Made by a program: the position numbers and the translations under genes | Shown here: positions 46,160 through 56,984 of the stretch, in pieces | Position numbering within the stretch: the stretch's first letter is position 1 | Layout: every line of letters starts with the position of its first letter | NCBI GenBank assembly: GCA_965248195.1 | Contig: CBDFIQ010000001.1 | Span: forward strand, 832,001-896,000 | Direction of reading: 5' to 3' | Length of the DNA: 64,000 nt | DNA from: Longimicrobiales bacterium | GTDB taxonomy: Bacteria; Gemmatimonadota; Gemmatimonadetes; Longimicrobiales; Gaopeijiaceae | Notes under the pieces: model-generated | Database searches by the model: none | What the model saw: the letters and a program-made list of their open reading frames with translations, nothing else | What the model was told of the DNA's origin: nothing

Positions 46160-47606
46160 CGGCGGCTTTGGCTGGCGGCGTCGCCACCGTGGCCAGGCAA
46201 AGCGGGCACCCGATGACGTAGTCGTTCTTGGTCAGGTTGAGTTTTTCCACCCGCTCGGCCATCTCCTCCACGAACTGCTCGTCGGTGAGACCGACGCGCT
46301 CGCCCAGATCGATAAACATGTTGGCCACCGACCGATTGCCCGATCCTTGCCAGTTCCTCGGGTCAGGGATGTTCTGGTTCGTCACGGTGTTGTTCATGTA
46401 GCCGGTGATGTGGAGGATCGTGCCCTTGGGAAGCAGGGGCTGGTAGTCGTTGGCGAAGACGTAGGTGCGGACCCAGTTGTGGTCGTAGCCGACACAGGAC
46501 AGAGTCTCGGCCTTGAACCCCCAGATGGCCTCCAGGCACATCCGCTCACCCGGAGCGTGCAGGTGCGGCTCGAAGCTGATGATCTTGGTGTGCTGCGTCG
46601 TCACCGTGTAGGCGTCGAGCCGCTGGCCGGCCATGTTGGCCTCGATATCGATGTCCGAGCCGTTGGCAAGAGAGGTGATGCCACCCCGGTACTTCGGCTC
46701 GTATCCGATCGGGTGCAGCTCGAAGGCGATCTCCAGGCGGGCCCTGGTGTCCCGACCGTTCGAGTGGAGATGGATCGACTCGGATTCGACCTGCGAGCCT
46801 GCCTTCAACAGCCGGCCTGCGCCTGGATCGAAGAGGTCGGGGTTCCGGCCCACCTCATGTACAGGCCAGGACGTCCTCTGACGGGTTCCTGGCACCTGCG
46901 TTCGCCAGATCATGTGGTGGACGACGTACCTTCTGCCCACCGTCTCCCGGCCGTCGTCTTGATTGCTTGATACATCATTGACTTCGCGCACCTGCACGGC
47001 CGCAGCGTATCGGTCCTCTTCCAAACCCAGCGGGATGCTCTCGATCTCACCCCACCAGTCTGCATCCGAGCCCCTCACCAAGATCTCTTCGGAGCTCACG
47101 ACGATGTCGGGCCGGATGGTCCATTCACCGCTGTCGTCGAATATCCTGGCCGGGGGCAGATCCGCCGGATCACCTTCGGGCGAGCCGTTGTCCGCCCAAG
47201 CGGCGATCATCGCGACCTCCTCATCGTTGAGGGAGGTGTCCTGCTTGTACTCCTGGATGCCGATGTTCTTCTCGACGTACCAGGGCGGCATGGCACCCGC
47301 GCGATCACGGATCGCGGTGCGCTCCTTGATCCTCCGGGAAAAGCGCCGCGCGTCTTGGTACGTGACGAGCGACATGGGGGCGACGCCTACCGGGTTATGG
47401 CAATTCTGGCAACTACGCTGCAGGATCGGCGCGATGTCCCTGCTGAACGTCACGTCTTCCGGATTGAAGCCGGACTCGGAGGTGGAAGCAAATGTCTGCG
47501 CTGCGAGTGCGAATGGCACCATCAGGAGGAAGGCGGCCGGGAGAATCAGAATCCGACCGAACGTGTCTTTCCACCCGAAATTCAATCCGTAACGCATCGT
47601 TTTCAC
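46131..47606 (-). CDS. Heme c plus copper monooxygenase (PHM/DBH-like) protein
   Basis: CQNCH, MPPW, VHHM, IHLH, PHLH, NM. Confidence 0.75.
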   Translation of the reverse strand: MKTMRYGLNFGWKDTFGRILILPAAFLLMVPFALAAQTFASTSESGFNPEDVTFSRDIAPILQRSCQNCHNPVGVAPMSLVTYQDARRFSRRIKERTAIRDRAGAMPPWYVEKNIGIQEYKQDTSLNDEEVAMIAAWADNGSPEGDPADLPPARIFDDSGEWTIRPDIVVSSEEILVRGSDADWWGEIESIPLGLEEDRYAAAVQVREVNDVSSNQDDGRETVGRRYVVHHMIWRTQVPGTRQRTSWPVHEVGRNPDLFDPGAGRLLKAGSQVESESIHLHSNGRDTRARLEIAFELHPIGYEPKYRGGITSLANGSDIDIEANMAGQRLDAYTVTTQHTKIISFEPHLHAPGERMCLEAIWGFKAETLSCVGYDHNWVRTYVFANDYQPLLPKGTILHITGYMNNTVTNQNIPDPRNWQGSGNRSVANMFIDLGERVGLTDEQFVEEMAERVEKLNLTKNDYVIGCPLCLATVATPPAKAADDDSGAQPD

Positions 47607-47704
47607 TCCGATCGCGGGAGATCGTTTTGGGCGCCGAGAAAAGACTCCACGGCGGCCCTAACAATAGTTGAAAAACCACGAGTAGGTCAAAAGGGGAAAG
47701 GGTG

Positions 47705-48076
47705 CTACTCCACCTTCTTCGCCCAGCGCTCCCCGTCCCGGGTGCCGTACTTATCCATCACCCGGTCGAAGGCCTGGTCGAGGTCGATCCCCTGTTCGTT
47801 GGCCATGCACAAGACCACGAACAACACGTCGGCCAGCTCTTCGGCCATGTCCTGCTCGGTCTCGTCGGGCTTCTTGGGCTTTGTACCGTAGCGGTGGTTC
47901 ACCAGGCGTGCGAGCTCCCCAACCTCCTCCATGAGCCGGGCGAGGTTGGCCAGCGGCGGCCAATAGCCCTCTTCGAATTGTGAGATCCACTCGTCGACCC
48001 GGCGCTGGGCTTCCATCAGGTTCCCGACATTGCCGATCGGACCGTCGGCGTCCATGGGACTCCTGCCGGTGATCAC
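47705..48076 (-). CDS. MazG-like nucleotide pyrophosphohydrolase
   Basis: RLMEEVGELAR, EELADVLF. Confidence 0.9.
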   Translation of the reverse strand: MITGRSPMDADGPIGNVGNLMEAQRRVDEWISQFEEGYWPPLANLARLMEEVGELARLVNHRYGTKPKKPDETEQDMAEELADVLFVVLCMANEQGIDLDQAFDRVMDKYGTRDGERWAKKVE

Positions 48077-49110
48077 GGGACCAACACAAGTTTGCCGAAC
48101 ACCTCACCCGCCTCGAGAAGCTCGTGGGCGCGGCGAGACTCCTCGAGTGGGATCACTTCATGGACGCTTGGGGTGAGCCGGCCCTCGAACACCAGGTTCA
48201 TGACGCGCCGGAAGTCCTCCGGAGGTCCCATCGTGCTTCCCAGGATGGAGAGTTGCTTCCAAAAAATCTGACGGATGTCACTCGTGACCGCCGGCCCCCC
48301 AGTACCGCCGTAAGACACGATGCGTCCCCTAACGGCGAGGGCCCGAAGGCACCCCTCCCATAGCGGCTCGCCGACCGAGTCCAGAATCAGATCGACTCCC
48401 TGCTTTTTCGTGTCGCGCCACAGTTCCTTCGAGAAATCCACCTCGAGCCGATCATACACCACGTCGGCGCCGAGCTCCTTCACCCGCTCCACGTTGGCTG
48501 GGCCACTAGTCAGCGCGTAAACGTGAGCCCCAGACAGCTTGGCGATCTGGATCGCGGCGGTGGACACACCGCCGGACGCCCCCGTCACCAAGACAGATTC
48601 TCCGGGTTTCAGACCCCCCCTGCCCAACAGCGCAGCCCACGCCGTCACGAACGTGAGGGGCGCCGCGGCAGCTGTCTCGAACGAGACCTCTTCCGGAATC
48701 TCGAACAGGTTGGCCGCGGGGGCCACAAAGTAATCTGCGAAACCCCCCTGCGTGTGTTCACCCAAAACCGTTAAGGGTGGGTCCGCGAACGAGGGACCTC
48801 GACCTGTGCGCCGGTACCACTCGTAGTTCAAGGACGGATCGGCGACCACCCGTGTCCCGATCGCCGCCCCACCTGCTCCCTCCTCCACCCCCGGGCCCAG
48901 CGCGTCCACCACGCCGGCAACGTCCGAGCCGCCGATGTGCGGCATGGAAATTTCGAAGGGAAGGCCTCGCCGTGCCCAGAGATCGAGGTGATTGAGGGAC
49001 GCCGCTCGCACAGCGATCCGTACATCGCCGGGACCGGGCTCCGGGGCCTCGACCTCCGCGATTCGGATCACCTCGGGTCCACCGTGTTCGGAAAAGAGGG
49101 CCGCGCGCAT
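48073..49110 (-). CDS. MDR-family (quinone oxidoreductase-like) dehydrogenase
   Basis: LNHLD, GASGGV, GSTMG, FGKLVL. Confidence 0.92.
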   Translation of the reverse strand: MRAALFSEHGGPEVIRIAEVEAPEPGPGDVRIAVRAASLNHLDLWARRGLPFEISMPHIGGSDVAGVVDALGPGVEEGAGGAAIGTRVVADPSLNYEWYRRTGRGPSFADPPLTVLGEHTQGGFADYFVAPAANLFEIPEEVSFETAAAAPLTFVTAWAALLGRGGLKPGESVLVTGASGGVSTAAIQIAKLSGAHVYALTSGPANVERVKELGADVVYDRLEVDFSKELWRDTKKQGVDLILDSVGEPLWEGCLRALAVRGRIVSYGGTGGPAVTSDIRQIFWKQLSILGSTMGPPEDFRRVMNLVFEGRLTPSVHEVIPLEESRRAHELLEAGEVFGKLVLVP

Positions 49111-49307
49111 GCTGGCTCCGTGGCAAAGGGACGACGTGGGCGGGCGCAAAGAGTACCCCCGAGGCGGTCGCCCCAGCAAGCGTCTAGGCTGTCGGCTCCT
49201 CACGAGATCGGGGCTGTGCGCCGAGGCTGTGCGGCACCCCACGTCTGTCTTATCGTTGACCACCGCCTTCGACCACCCCTAAGAGCCTAGGAGACTGTCC
49301 GAGTAGC

Positions 49308-49697
49308 ATGGAGGATCGTGAGACCACACCCGGAGCCCCTACGCCGTTGGACGACGGCGCTGAGGATTCCGATTCGCTGGACGCTACCGACCTGACGCTC
49401 GGGGGTTACCTGGAGGTCCATGAGCGGCCCCCAGCCTTTGCGGGCTTGGACGAGCAACCCTACACCGTCTCGGTGGAGGTCGAGTCCGTGGAGAACCTCG
49501 CCACCCCCTACGTGGCTTACCTGGTCTTTCCACGATGGGCCGAGACGGGCCTCGGTATCGTGGGTCACCTGGAGACGCCCGTGCTGTCCGAGGGGAGGAG
49601 TCGGGACGAGGTTCAGGACCGAATCCATGCGCTCCCCCTCACCGAGGTCAAGCGCCTGCTGGACGAGGCAATTCAGCGTAAGTACGGGGACGCCTGA
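49308..49697 (+). CDS. Conserved hypothetical protein
   Basis: HERPPAFAG, FPRWA, GHLET; operon with queE. Confidence 0.75.
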   Translation: MEDRETTPGAPTPLDDGAEDSDSLDATDLTLGGYLEVHERPPAFAGLDEQPYTVSVEVESVENLATPYVAYLVFPRWAETGLGIVGHLETPVLSEGRSRDEVQDRIHALPLTEVKRLLDEAIQRKYGDA

Positions 49698-49700
49698 GCC

Positions 49701-50378
49701 ATGAGTACAACCGGATCTCCCTTCCTCCGGATCACCGAGATCTTTCACTCCATCCAGGGCGAATCAACGTGGTCCGGCCTACCCTGCACGTTCGTGCGGC
49801 TGACCGGCTGCCCTCTCCGATGTGTGTGGTGCGACACCGAATACGCGTTCCACGGGGGCGAACGCCAGACCCTCGACGAGATCGTCCACGAAGTCCGTTC
49901 GATCGGGACGTCACTGGTCGAGATCACCGGCGGAGAGCCCTTGGCGCACCCTAATGCCTATCTACTCACCGAGCGTCTGCTCGACGAGGGGTTCACGGTC
50001 CTCGTGGAAACGTCCGGAGCGTTCGACGTGGCCCCGCTCGACCCCCGGGCGCACCGGATCATGGATCTCAAGTGTCCGGGTAGCGGGGAGAGCGACAAGA
50101 ATCTTTGGGAGAATCTGGACCATCTGACAGGCCTGGACGAGGTGAAGTTCGTGGTACTCGACCGGTCGGACTATGAGTGGGCGAGGGACACGATTCGGGA
50201 GCGTAGCCTCGACCGCCGCCTGGAAGAGGGCACGCTTCGCGAGCTCCTCATGTCACCCGTTTGGGACGCCTGCGATCTCCTCGATCTGGCCGACTGGATT
50301 CTCGAGGACCGCCTGCCGGTGCGACTCCAGACGCAGCTTCACAAACACATCTGGGACCCGGACGCCCAAGGCGTTTGA
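49701..50378 (+). CDS. queE: 7-carboxy-7-deazaguanine synthase (radical SAM)
   Basis: EIFHSIQGE, CPLRCVWCD, TGGEP, QLHK. Confidence 0.93.
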   Translation: MSTTGSPFLRITEIFHSIQGESTWSGLPCTFVRLTGCPLRCVWCDTEYAFHGGERQTLDEIVHEVRSIGTSLVEITGGEPLAHPNAYLLTERLLDEGFTVLVETSGAFDVAPLDPRAHRIMDLKCPGSGESDKNLWENLDHLTGLDEVKFVVLDRSDYEWARDTIRERSLDRRLEEGTLRELLMSPVWDACDLLDLADWILEDRLPVRLQTQLHKHIWDPDAQGV

Positions 50379-50978
50379 GTGGAGATCCCAGACGCTCGGC
50401 TTCGTGGACTTGTTGACCGTCTCTCCGGCCAGCCAGAGCAGCAGAGCGAGCCAAAGCCGCTGGACGGTCACACGGAGGCGGCCGTTGCGCTGATCCTCCG
50501 GGCATCCGTTGAACTAGAGGTTCTCCTGATCAAGCGAGCCGAGTCCGAGCGGGATCCCTGGTCGGGGCATGTGGCGCTCCCGGGTGGACGCAGGGACGCT
50601 GAAGACGCGGATCTCACGCAGACGGCGATCCGGGAAACCGCCGAAGAGACGGGGGTGGAGCTCTCTTCATCCGGGTGGCCGCTGGGTCGCCTGGGGCGAG
50701 TCGTGCCGAGTCACCCCGGGTTGCCCCCGATTACCATCACGCCCTACCTGTTCGGCGTACGGGAAGGGATCGAGGCGAATGCGGACTCGGCGGAGGTCGA
50801 TCAGGTGCTCTGGGTTGCGCTCTCCGTTCTGTTCGATCCAAAAACGCGAGGGACCACGACCATCCAACTACCGAAAGGCCCAGGGGATTTTCCCTGTTAC
50901 TGGGTCGACGGCCACGCGATTTGGGGTCTCACTTTCCGGATTCTATCCGAGTTCGGTGAGCTCGCGGGTAGGCTCTGA
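50379..50978 (+). CDS. Nudix CoA pyrophosphatase
   Basis: WSGHVALPGG, AIRETAEETG, IWGLT. Confidence 0.92.
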   Translation: MEIPDARLRGLVDRLSGQPEQQSEPKPLDGHTEAAVALILRASVELEVLLIKRAESERDPWSGHVALPGGRRDAEDADLTQTAIRETAEETGVELSSSGWPLGRLGRVVPSHPGLPPITITPYLFGVREGIEANADSAEVDQVLWVALSVLFDPKTRGTTTIQLPKGPGDFPCYWVDGHAIWGLTFRILSEFGELAGRL

Positions 50979-51015
50979 TCTGCTCACTCCGCCCCGTCTG
51001 CCGAATCTGATCCGC

Positions 51016-52080
51016 TCACTCCACCCACTCCGCTATGAAGATGTTGGTCTCGCCCTCCTGAGCCTGCCCCCGGTTCGACCCCCAGACTAGAAACCGGCCA
51101 TCCGGACTGAACACTGGAAAGCCGTCGAATCCGTCCATGAAGGTGATGCGTTCCTGCCCGGACCCATCCTCGTTGATCATGTAGAGATCGAAGTCCCGCC
51201 CCGTGGGATCGTCCATGTTCGATGCGAAGATGATTTTCTCTCCGGAGGGGTGCCAAAACGGGCCGAAGTTCGCGGTACCGTTGTGCGTCACCTCAGTCTG
51301 ATTCGACCCGTCCGCTTCCATCACGTAGATCTCGAGCTCACTCGGCCGAATCAGTCCGTCGACGAGAAGAGACGTGTAGTCCTCGATCTCTTCTGGAGTG
51401 GTGGGGCGATGGGCACGATACACGATCTTGGACCCGTCCGGAGAGTAGAAAGGCCCCCCGTCATAGCCCATGGTATCCGTGAGACGCAGGACGTCGGAGC
51501 CATCCGCCTTCATGGAGTAGATATCGAGCTCCCCGTCCCGCATGGAGGTGAACACGACGCGATCGCCCACCGGGGAAAACGTGGCTTCGGCGTCGTAGCC
51601 GAACGAGTGCGTCAATTGTTGGAGGTTCGAGCCGTCCGCGTCCGCAACGAAGATGTCGAAGCTGGGGTACACCGCCCACACGTAACCACGCGAAAAGTCG
51701 GGCACCGCCGGGCAGGCCTCGGCAAAGTGGTGGGTCGACGAGTAGAGGATTTTGTCGCCCGCTGGATAGTAGTAGGAGCAGGTGGTACGCCCCTGACCGG
51801 TGCTCAACATCTCGACGTCGCTCCCGTCGAGCGACATGGTGTAGATTTGGTCGCATCCGCCGGCTCTGGGCGTGGACTGGAAGATCAGCTTGGTGCCGTC
51901 AAAGGAGAAATACGCCTCGGCGTTTTCACCCTCGAAGGTGAGTTGCCGTATGTTCCGTAGGTGGACTTCCTGCGCCGCTTGCGCCAGGTAGGGCTGATCC
52001 ACGGTATTGGCCCCGGTGGTGGCCAGAACAAGGAGTCCTGTGACGGTGGCAGTGGCGCCCGGTTTCATGAGTGAAAACAT
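51016..52080 (-). CDS. TolB-like PD40 beta-propeller protein
   Basis: Repeated GYD..FSP motifs; ENAEAYFS. Confidence 0.88.
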   Translation of the reverse strand: MFSLMKPGATATVTGLLVLATTGANTVDQPYLAQAAQEVHLRNIRQLTFEGENAEAYFSFDGTKLIFQSTPRAGGCDQIYTMSLDGSDVEMLSTGQGRTTCSYYYPAGDKILYSSTHHFAEACPAVPDFSRGYVWAVYPSFDIFVADADGSNLQQLTHSFGYDAEATFSPVGDRVVFTSMRDGELDIYSMKADGSDVLRLTDTMGYDGGPFYSPDGSKIVYRAHRPTTPEEIEDYTSLLVDGLIRPSELEIYVMEADGSNQTEVTHNGTANFGPFWHPSGEKIIFASNMDDPTGRDFDLYMINEDGSGQERITFMDGFDGFPVFSPDGRFLVWGSNRGQAQEGETNIFIAEWVE

Positions 52081-52102
52081 TCAGAATCTCCAGGGTTGAT
52101 CG

Positions 52103-53881
52103 ATGTCTAACGTACTGACTGTCTTCCCGGCGTTCACGGCCGGACTCATTCTTGCGAGCCCGCCGGTGTCCGCGTCCGCCCAGCAGGTCATCGCCTGCCC
52201 CGATGTCGATCAGCTTACAGTGGGCATGGCTCCCGCGCTCGCGCACGTCCGTTACCTGGCCGACGACGCCCTCGAGGGCCGCGGAGCAGGAACGAACGGA
52301 GCGCGCTGCGCAGCACAGTACATTGCGGACCAATTCGAAGCCATTGGTCTCGAAGGCGCCGGGCCGAACGGAAGCTACTTCCAAAGATTTCCGATCCGTG
52401 CGGGCGCCGTCCTCGGCGTCGGGAGTACACTCCGAACGCCGCAAAGCACCTACACCCTCACCGAAGACTGGATCCCGTTCGGATACTCCGCGTCGGGCGT
52501 GGTCACCGGCACATTATTGTACGGGGGAGACGGGATCAACCGCCCCGGGAGTCGGAACAACGCGTATCCGACACTCGACCTCACAGGCCGCATCGTGGTG
52601 GTTGAGGACGGCGACCTACGGTCCCCCCTGAGTCGAGCCCTCCAGACGGATGCCCACTTCAAGGCGTCGGTCGCCGCCGGGCGAGACGCCGCCGGCATGC
52701 TAATCCTCCTCGAAGACGGCCGAGGGCTTCCCGATCTATCGGGAGAGACGAGGGCTGCCCTGAGTATTCCGGTGGCAGCGGTTGGCGGCGAGGCGGCCGA
52801 CCGCATTCGGCAGGCCGCGCGGAGCGGCGACCGCGCTTTCCTCGCGGCCTCCGTACAGCCACGGGCCGTGGAGGCCCGAAATGTCACGGCGCTGCTTCGG
52901 GGATCGGACCCGAACCTCGCCGACGAGGTCCTGATCATTGGAGCCCATTACGATCATCTCGGACTGGGAGGCGAGGGCTCGCTCGATCCCGATGCGCTCG
53001 GAGTGGTCCACAATGGTGCGGATGACAACGCGAGTGGAACGTCGGGATTGATCGAGATCGCCCGGCGCCTAACCGAGGCTGATCGCCAACCGGCGCGCTC
53101 CGTTCTGTTCCTCGCCTTTACCGCAGAGGAGAAAGGACTGTGGGGTTCCACCCACTACGTCCGGAACCCCCTTCTGCCCATCACCCAGACCGTCGCCATG
53201 ATCAACATGGACATGATCGGCCGTTTGGAGGGCCGTACCCTCACCGTCATGGGCGTTGGAACAGCGGAGGAGTGGACCGAGGTGCTGCGGGCCGCCAACC
53301 AGGCCATGACCCGGCCACTCAGTATTGCCACATCGCCGGACGGGTTCGGTCCCTCGGATCACTCCTCGTTCTACGGAGAAGGACTGCCCGTCCTGCACTT
53401 TTTCTCCAACACACACGTCGACTACCACCGGCCCTCCGACGATTGGGACAAGGTGGACATCGAGGGCCTCGGCCAGATCGTCGATCTCGTGAGCGAAGTT
53501 GCGTTCGACGTGGCCGGGGTCTCCGGCTCGGATGAACGCATCGCCCTCACGCCCGTCGAGCCTGACGCAGCTCTGGCCCACGGACAACCCTCGTCCTCCA
53601 CCACCGGCGGCGGATATGGTCCATACCTCGGCACGATTCCGGACATGGTTCCCGTCGACTCGGGGCTCCGCTTGACCGGCGTTCGTGAAGGCAGTCCGGC
53701 GGCCGACGCGGGCATAAGGGGGGGCGACATCGTGGTGGAGTTCGGCGGTAGAGAGGTCGGGGACATCTACGGGTACACGTACGCCCTACAAGATCACGAG
53801 CCCGGCGATGCCGTCGAGATCGTCGTTTTACGCGACGGCGAGCGGTTGATGTTCACGGCCGTGCTGGGGGACCGGCGGTAG
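52103..53881 (+). CDS. M28 aminopeptidase with PA and PDZ domains
   Basis: GAHYDHLG, GADDNASG, AEEKGL, SDH, DYH; YLGTIPD. Confidence 0.93.
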   Translation: MSNVLTVFPAFTAGLILASPPVSASAQQVIACPDVDQLTVGMAPALAHVRYLADDALEGRGAGTNGARCAAQYIADQFEAIGLEGAGPNGSYFQRFPIRAGAVLGVGSTLRTPQSTYTLTEDWIPFGYSASGVVTGTLLYGGDGINRPGSRNNAYPTLDLTGRIVVVEDGDLRSPLSRALQTDAHFKASVAAGRDAAGMLILLEDGRGLPDLSGETRAALSIPVAAVGGEAADRIRQAARSGDRAFLAASVQPRAVEARNVTALLRGSDPNLADEVLIIGAHYDHLGLGGEGSLDPDALGVVHNGADDNASGTSGLIEIARRLTEADRQPARSVLFLAFTAEEKGLWGSTHYVRNPLLPITQTVAMINMDMIGRLEGRTLTVMGVGTAEEWTEVLRAANQAMTRPLSIATSPDGFGPSDHSSFYGEGLPVLHFFSNTHVDYHRPSDDWDKVDIEGLGQIVDLVSEVAFDVAGVSGSDERIALTPVEPDAALAHGQPSSSTTGGGYGPYLGTIPDMVPVDSGLRLTGVREGSPAADAGIRGGDIVVEFGGREVGDIYGYTYALQDHEPGDAVEIVVLRDGERLMFTAVLGDRR

Positions 53882-53910
53882 CTGCGGGAGCCACCAACAG
53901 CGTTCGAACG

Positions 53911-56460
53911 CTACGGCAGCAGGTCCAACTGCCCCACCGATACCACGTCCCCGGCTTCCGGGTCTGGCCGCTCTTCGGACCCTTCCGACGCTTCGTCCGC
54001 CGCCACTTCCGCCTCGCTCCCCCGGCCGACCGTTTCAGTGTGCGCCCGCGTCACCTCCACTACCCTGTCGCCCGTGGCCGGTTGGACCAGTGGCCGTCCC
54101 TGCGTTCGCCGCCCTTGGGACCGCACTTTATCGGCGTGGAGGCGCGTGACCTTGCCACTCGCCATCACGACCATGACCTCGTCTCCCTCGAGCACCTCCA
54201 GAGCAGACACGAGCGCTGTCCCATCCCCGGACGGGACCGCCAGCGTGCCCAGGCCACCACGCTTCTGGAGCGGGAAATCCCCGACCTCCGTGCGCTTTCC
54301 CCTCCCATCCTCCGCGACGCTCAACACCCAAGCGTCCCTACGGATGAGCAGCATCCCGACGACGGCATCGTCGCCCTTCAAGTCGATGCCCTTCACCCCC
54401 TGCGCGGTGCGCCCGAGAACAGACAGATCGGATTCCGGAAAGCGGATCGCCCGTCCGTCCCTGGTGATCAGCATGACCTCCCCGTCGCCGTCGGAGAGGC
54501 GAACGTCCATGATGTGGTCGCCCTTCTTCAGGCCCGCGGCAATCACGCCCCCCGCCCGTGGATGCGCGAACTCCGAGAGCTTGGTCCGTTTCATGAGGCC
54601 GTTCCTAGTAAGGAACACGACAAAGCGCTCCGAAGTGAGATCGTCCGCCGGCACCATCGTGACGATCGCATCACCGCGATCGGCCTGGGTCAGCCCATAG
54701 ATCGACTGCCCCCTGGACGCCCGCGCCCCCTCGGGTACATCCAGCACCGGAAGGAAATGTAGATGTCCGTTCTCCGTGAAGGCGAGCAACCAACCCTGCG
54801 TGCGCGCCACGAAAACCCGCTCCAGATAGTCGTTCTCGAACCGCTCCATCCCGGCCAACGCCTTCCCGGATGAGACCCGGCGCCGGTAGAGGTGCATTGG
54901 AATTCGCTTCACGAACCCCTCGTGGCTGACGGTGATCACCGCATCTTCATCGGCGACCGTGTTTTCCACCGCCATCTCCTCCGACCCATCGTCCTCGACA
55001 ATGACCGTCCGCCGCGCATCCCCGTACTTCTCAACGATCTCGTCCAGCTCCTCGAGCATGACCTCGAGCTTTCGGGCCTCGCTCTTGAGTATCGCCTTCA
55101 GGTCCTTGATGATGGCCTTGAGCTCCTTGAGCCTCCTCTCGATCTCGTCTTGCTCGAGCGCAGTCAGCTTGGCGAGTCGCATGTTGAGAATGGCGTCCGC
55201 CTGGATCTCGGAGAGTCCGAGAAGGTCCTGGAGCTTCACGCAGGCCTCCGAACGATCCGCCGACCCTCGGATGATTCTGATGACCTCATCGATGGCGCCG
55301 AGCGCCGCCACCAAACCCTCCGCGGTGTGCTTTTCGGCCTGTGCTTTCTCGAGATCATGCTGGGAGCGGCGCTGGATGACCTCGATGCGGTGATCCCTGA
55401 AACGCTCGAGAAGCCGGACGAGGGTGAACTCCTTCGGTTCGCCGTGGTCCAGCGCGATCATGATGGCCCCGAACGTGCTCTGGAGGCTGGTCTTCTTCTG
55501 CAGCAACTTGATGACCTTGCCGGCCTTGGCGCCCCGCTTCAGCTCCAAGACCAGCCGGAGCCCGTCCCGGTCCGATTCGTCACGGATGTCAGCGAGGTCC
55601 ACAGCGCCGCCTTTTCTCGCAAGGTCGGCAATCTGTCGGATGATCCGAGCCTTCGAGACCGCATAGGGGAGCTCGGTCACCACCAGCTGGTCTCTTCCAC
55701 CCCTCAGCGCCTCCTTCACGATGCGGGCCCGCATGACGATCCGGCCCCGCCCGGTCTCGTACATGTCCCGAATCCCGTCGCGCCCGACTACGAATCCGCC
55801 GGTGGGGAAGTCCGGCCCCGGAAGGTGTCTCATCAGAACGTCGAGCGTTGGATCGGTTTCCTCGATCAAGGCTCTCAGGGCGGCGGCGACCTCTTTCAAG
55901 TTGTGGGGCGGCACGTTGGTGCTCAACCCGACGGCGATCCCCGAGGACCCGTTGACCAGAAGGTTCGGCACCCGGGACGGAAGCACGGTGGGCTCGGTGC
56001 GCTGCCCATCGAAATTCTCGTCGACATCCACCGTTTCCTTCTCGATGTCCGCTAGAATGTCCTCGGCAATTGGGGCGAGCTTGGCTTCGGTGTACCGGTA
56101 CGCCGCCGCGGAGTCGCCGTCGATGGAGCCGAAATTTCCCTGCCCGTCCACGAGCGGATAACGAAGGGAAAAGTCTTGGACCATCCGTACGAGCGCGTCG
56201 TACACGGCCGTGTCCCCATGGGGGTGATACTTGCCCAGGACGTCGCCCACCACGGTCGCACTCTTCTTGAAAGGCTTGTCCGGCCTAAGTCCCGCCTCAT
56301 GCATGGCGAAGAGGATGCGCCGGTGGACCGGTTTGAGCCCGTCCCGGACATCGGGGAGGGCCCTCTGGACGATCACGCTCATCGAGTAGTCGAGGAAGGA
56401 TTCTCGCATCTCCTGCTCGATGAGCCTCGGCAGGATGCGCTCGCGCGTCTGGGCCGTCAT
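53911..56460 (-). CDS. Type IIA topoisomerase subunit A (GyrA/ParC; degenerate GyrA-box)
   Basis: [29 protein letters not shown]; beta-pinwheel repeats. Confidence 0.93.
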   Translation of the reverse strand: MTAQTRERILPRLIEQEMRESFLDYSMSVIVQRALPDVRDGLKPVHRRILFAMHEAGLRPDKPFKKSATVVGDVLGKYHPHGDTAVYDALVRMVQDFSLRYPLVDGQGNFGSIDGDSAAAYRYTEAKLAPIAEDILADIEKETVDVDENFDGQRTEPTVLPSRVPNLLVNGSSGIAVGLSTNVPPHNLKEVAAALRALIEETDPTLDVLMRHLPGPDFPTGGFVVGRDGIRDMYETGRGRIVMRARIVKEALRGGRDQLVVTELPYAVSKARIIRQIADLARKGGAVDLADIRDESDRDGLRLVLELKRGAKAGKVIKLLQKKTSLQSTFGAIMIALDHGEPKEFTLVRLLERFRDHRIEVIQRRSQHDLEKAQAEKHTAEGLVAALGAIDEVIRIIRGSADRSEACVKLQDLLGLSEIQADAILNMRLAKLTALEQDEIERRLKELKAIIKDLKAILKSEARKLEVMLEELDEIVEKYGDARRTVIVEDDGSEEMAVENTVADEDAVITVSHEGFVKRIPMHLYRRRVSSGKALAGMERFENDYLERVFVARTQGWLLAFTENGHLHFLPVLDVPEGARASRGQSIYGLTQADRGDAIVTMVPADDLTSERFVVFLTRNGLMKRTKLSEFAHPRAGGVIAAGLKKGDHIMDVRLSDGDGEVMLITRDGRAIRFPESDLSVLGRTAQGVKGIDLKGDDAVVGMLLIRRDAWVLSVAEDGRGKRTEVGDFPLQKRGGLGTLAVPSGDGTALVSALEVLEGDEVMVVMASGKVTRLHADKVRSQGRRTQGRPLVQPATGDRVVEVTRAHTETVGRGSEAEVAADEASEGSEERPDPEAGDVVSVGQLDLLP

Positions 56461-56571
56461 TCCATCTCCCGGTGGACCGAATACATACCGAAAATCGGGG
56501 CATCTTGCCACGATGCCTCGCCTACGATCTCAGAATGGGTGGAGCAAAGCAAGCCAGGGCAGAAACGGGAA

Positions 56572-56601
56572 GAGCCGCGGGTCGAAAACGACCCGCGGCT
56601 C
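56572..56601 (-). terminator. GC-rich hairpin downstream of anti-sigma gene
   Basis: 13-bp perfect stem GAGCCGCGGGTCG / CGACCCGCGGCTC. Confidence 0.7.
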
Positions 56602-56630
56602 CTCAACTTCGAGTGATCCGGGCGGTGGCT

Positions 56631-56984
56631 TCAGTCCGTCCCCTCATCCTCCGCGAGCGCCTGGAGCACCCGCTCCCTCAAGCTCCGTGACACTCGACCA
56701 CCGTTCTGGGACCGCTGCAAGGCTTCCAGGAAGTGCCTCTCGAACTGGACGCGAGGATAGCAGGCCTCGCAGACCGCCAAATGGCAACGGACCTCCTCCT
56801 CGGACAGATCCTCGAGCTCACCGTCCAAATACTCGAAGAGTCGGGCGCTGGCCTCGTCGCAGGAGATCATCGCGACCGCCGCCTCACCAACCGAGCCATC
56901 GTTGCCGGACGAATCCGTGGCACCTGACCGGCCCTGCTGGCCGGTGCTGCCAAATAACCGTTTCAACGATTCGAAGAACGACAC
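56631..56984 (-). CDS. zf-HC2 anti-sigma factor
   Basis: C..A..LFEYLDGEL, HLAVCEAC. Confidence 0.9.
   Translation of the reverse strand: MSFFESLKRLFGSTGQQGRSGATDSSGNDGSVGEAAVAMISCDEASARLFEYLDGELEDLSEEEVRCHLAVCEACYPRVQFERHFLEALQRSQNGGRVSRSLRERVLQALAEDEGTD

Noticed and set aside
42742..50378. queG/queE as a 7-deazaguanine DNA-modification system
   Set aside because: Embedded among housekeeping genes with no dpdA-like gene; ordinary tRNA queuosine pathway.
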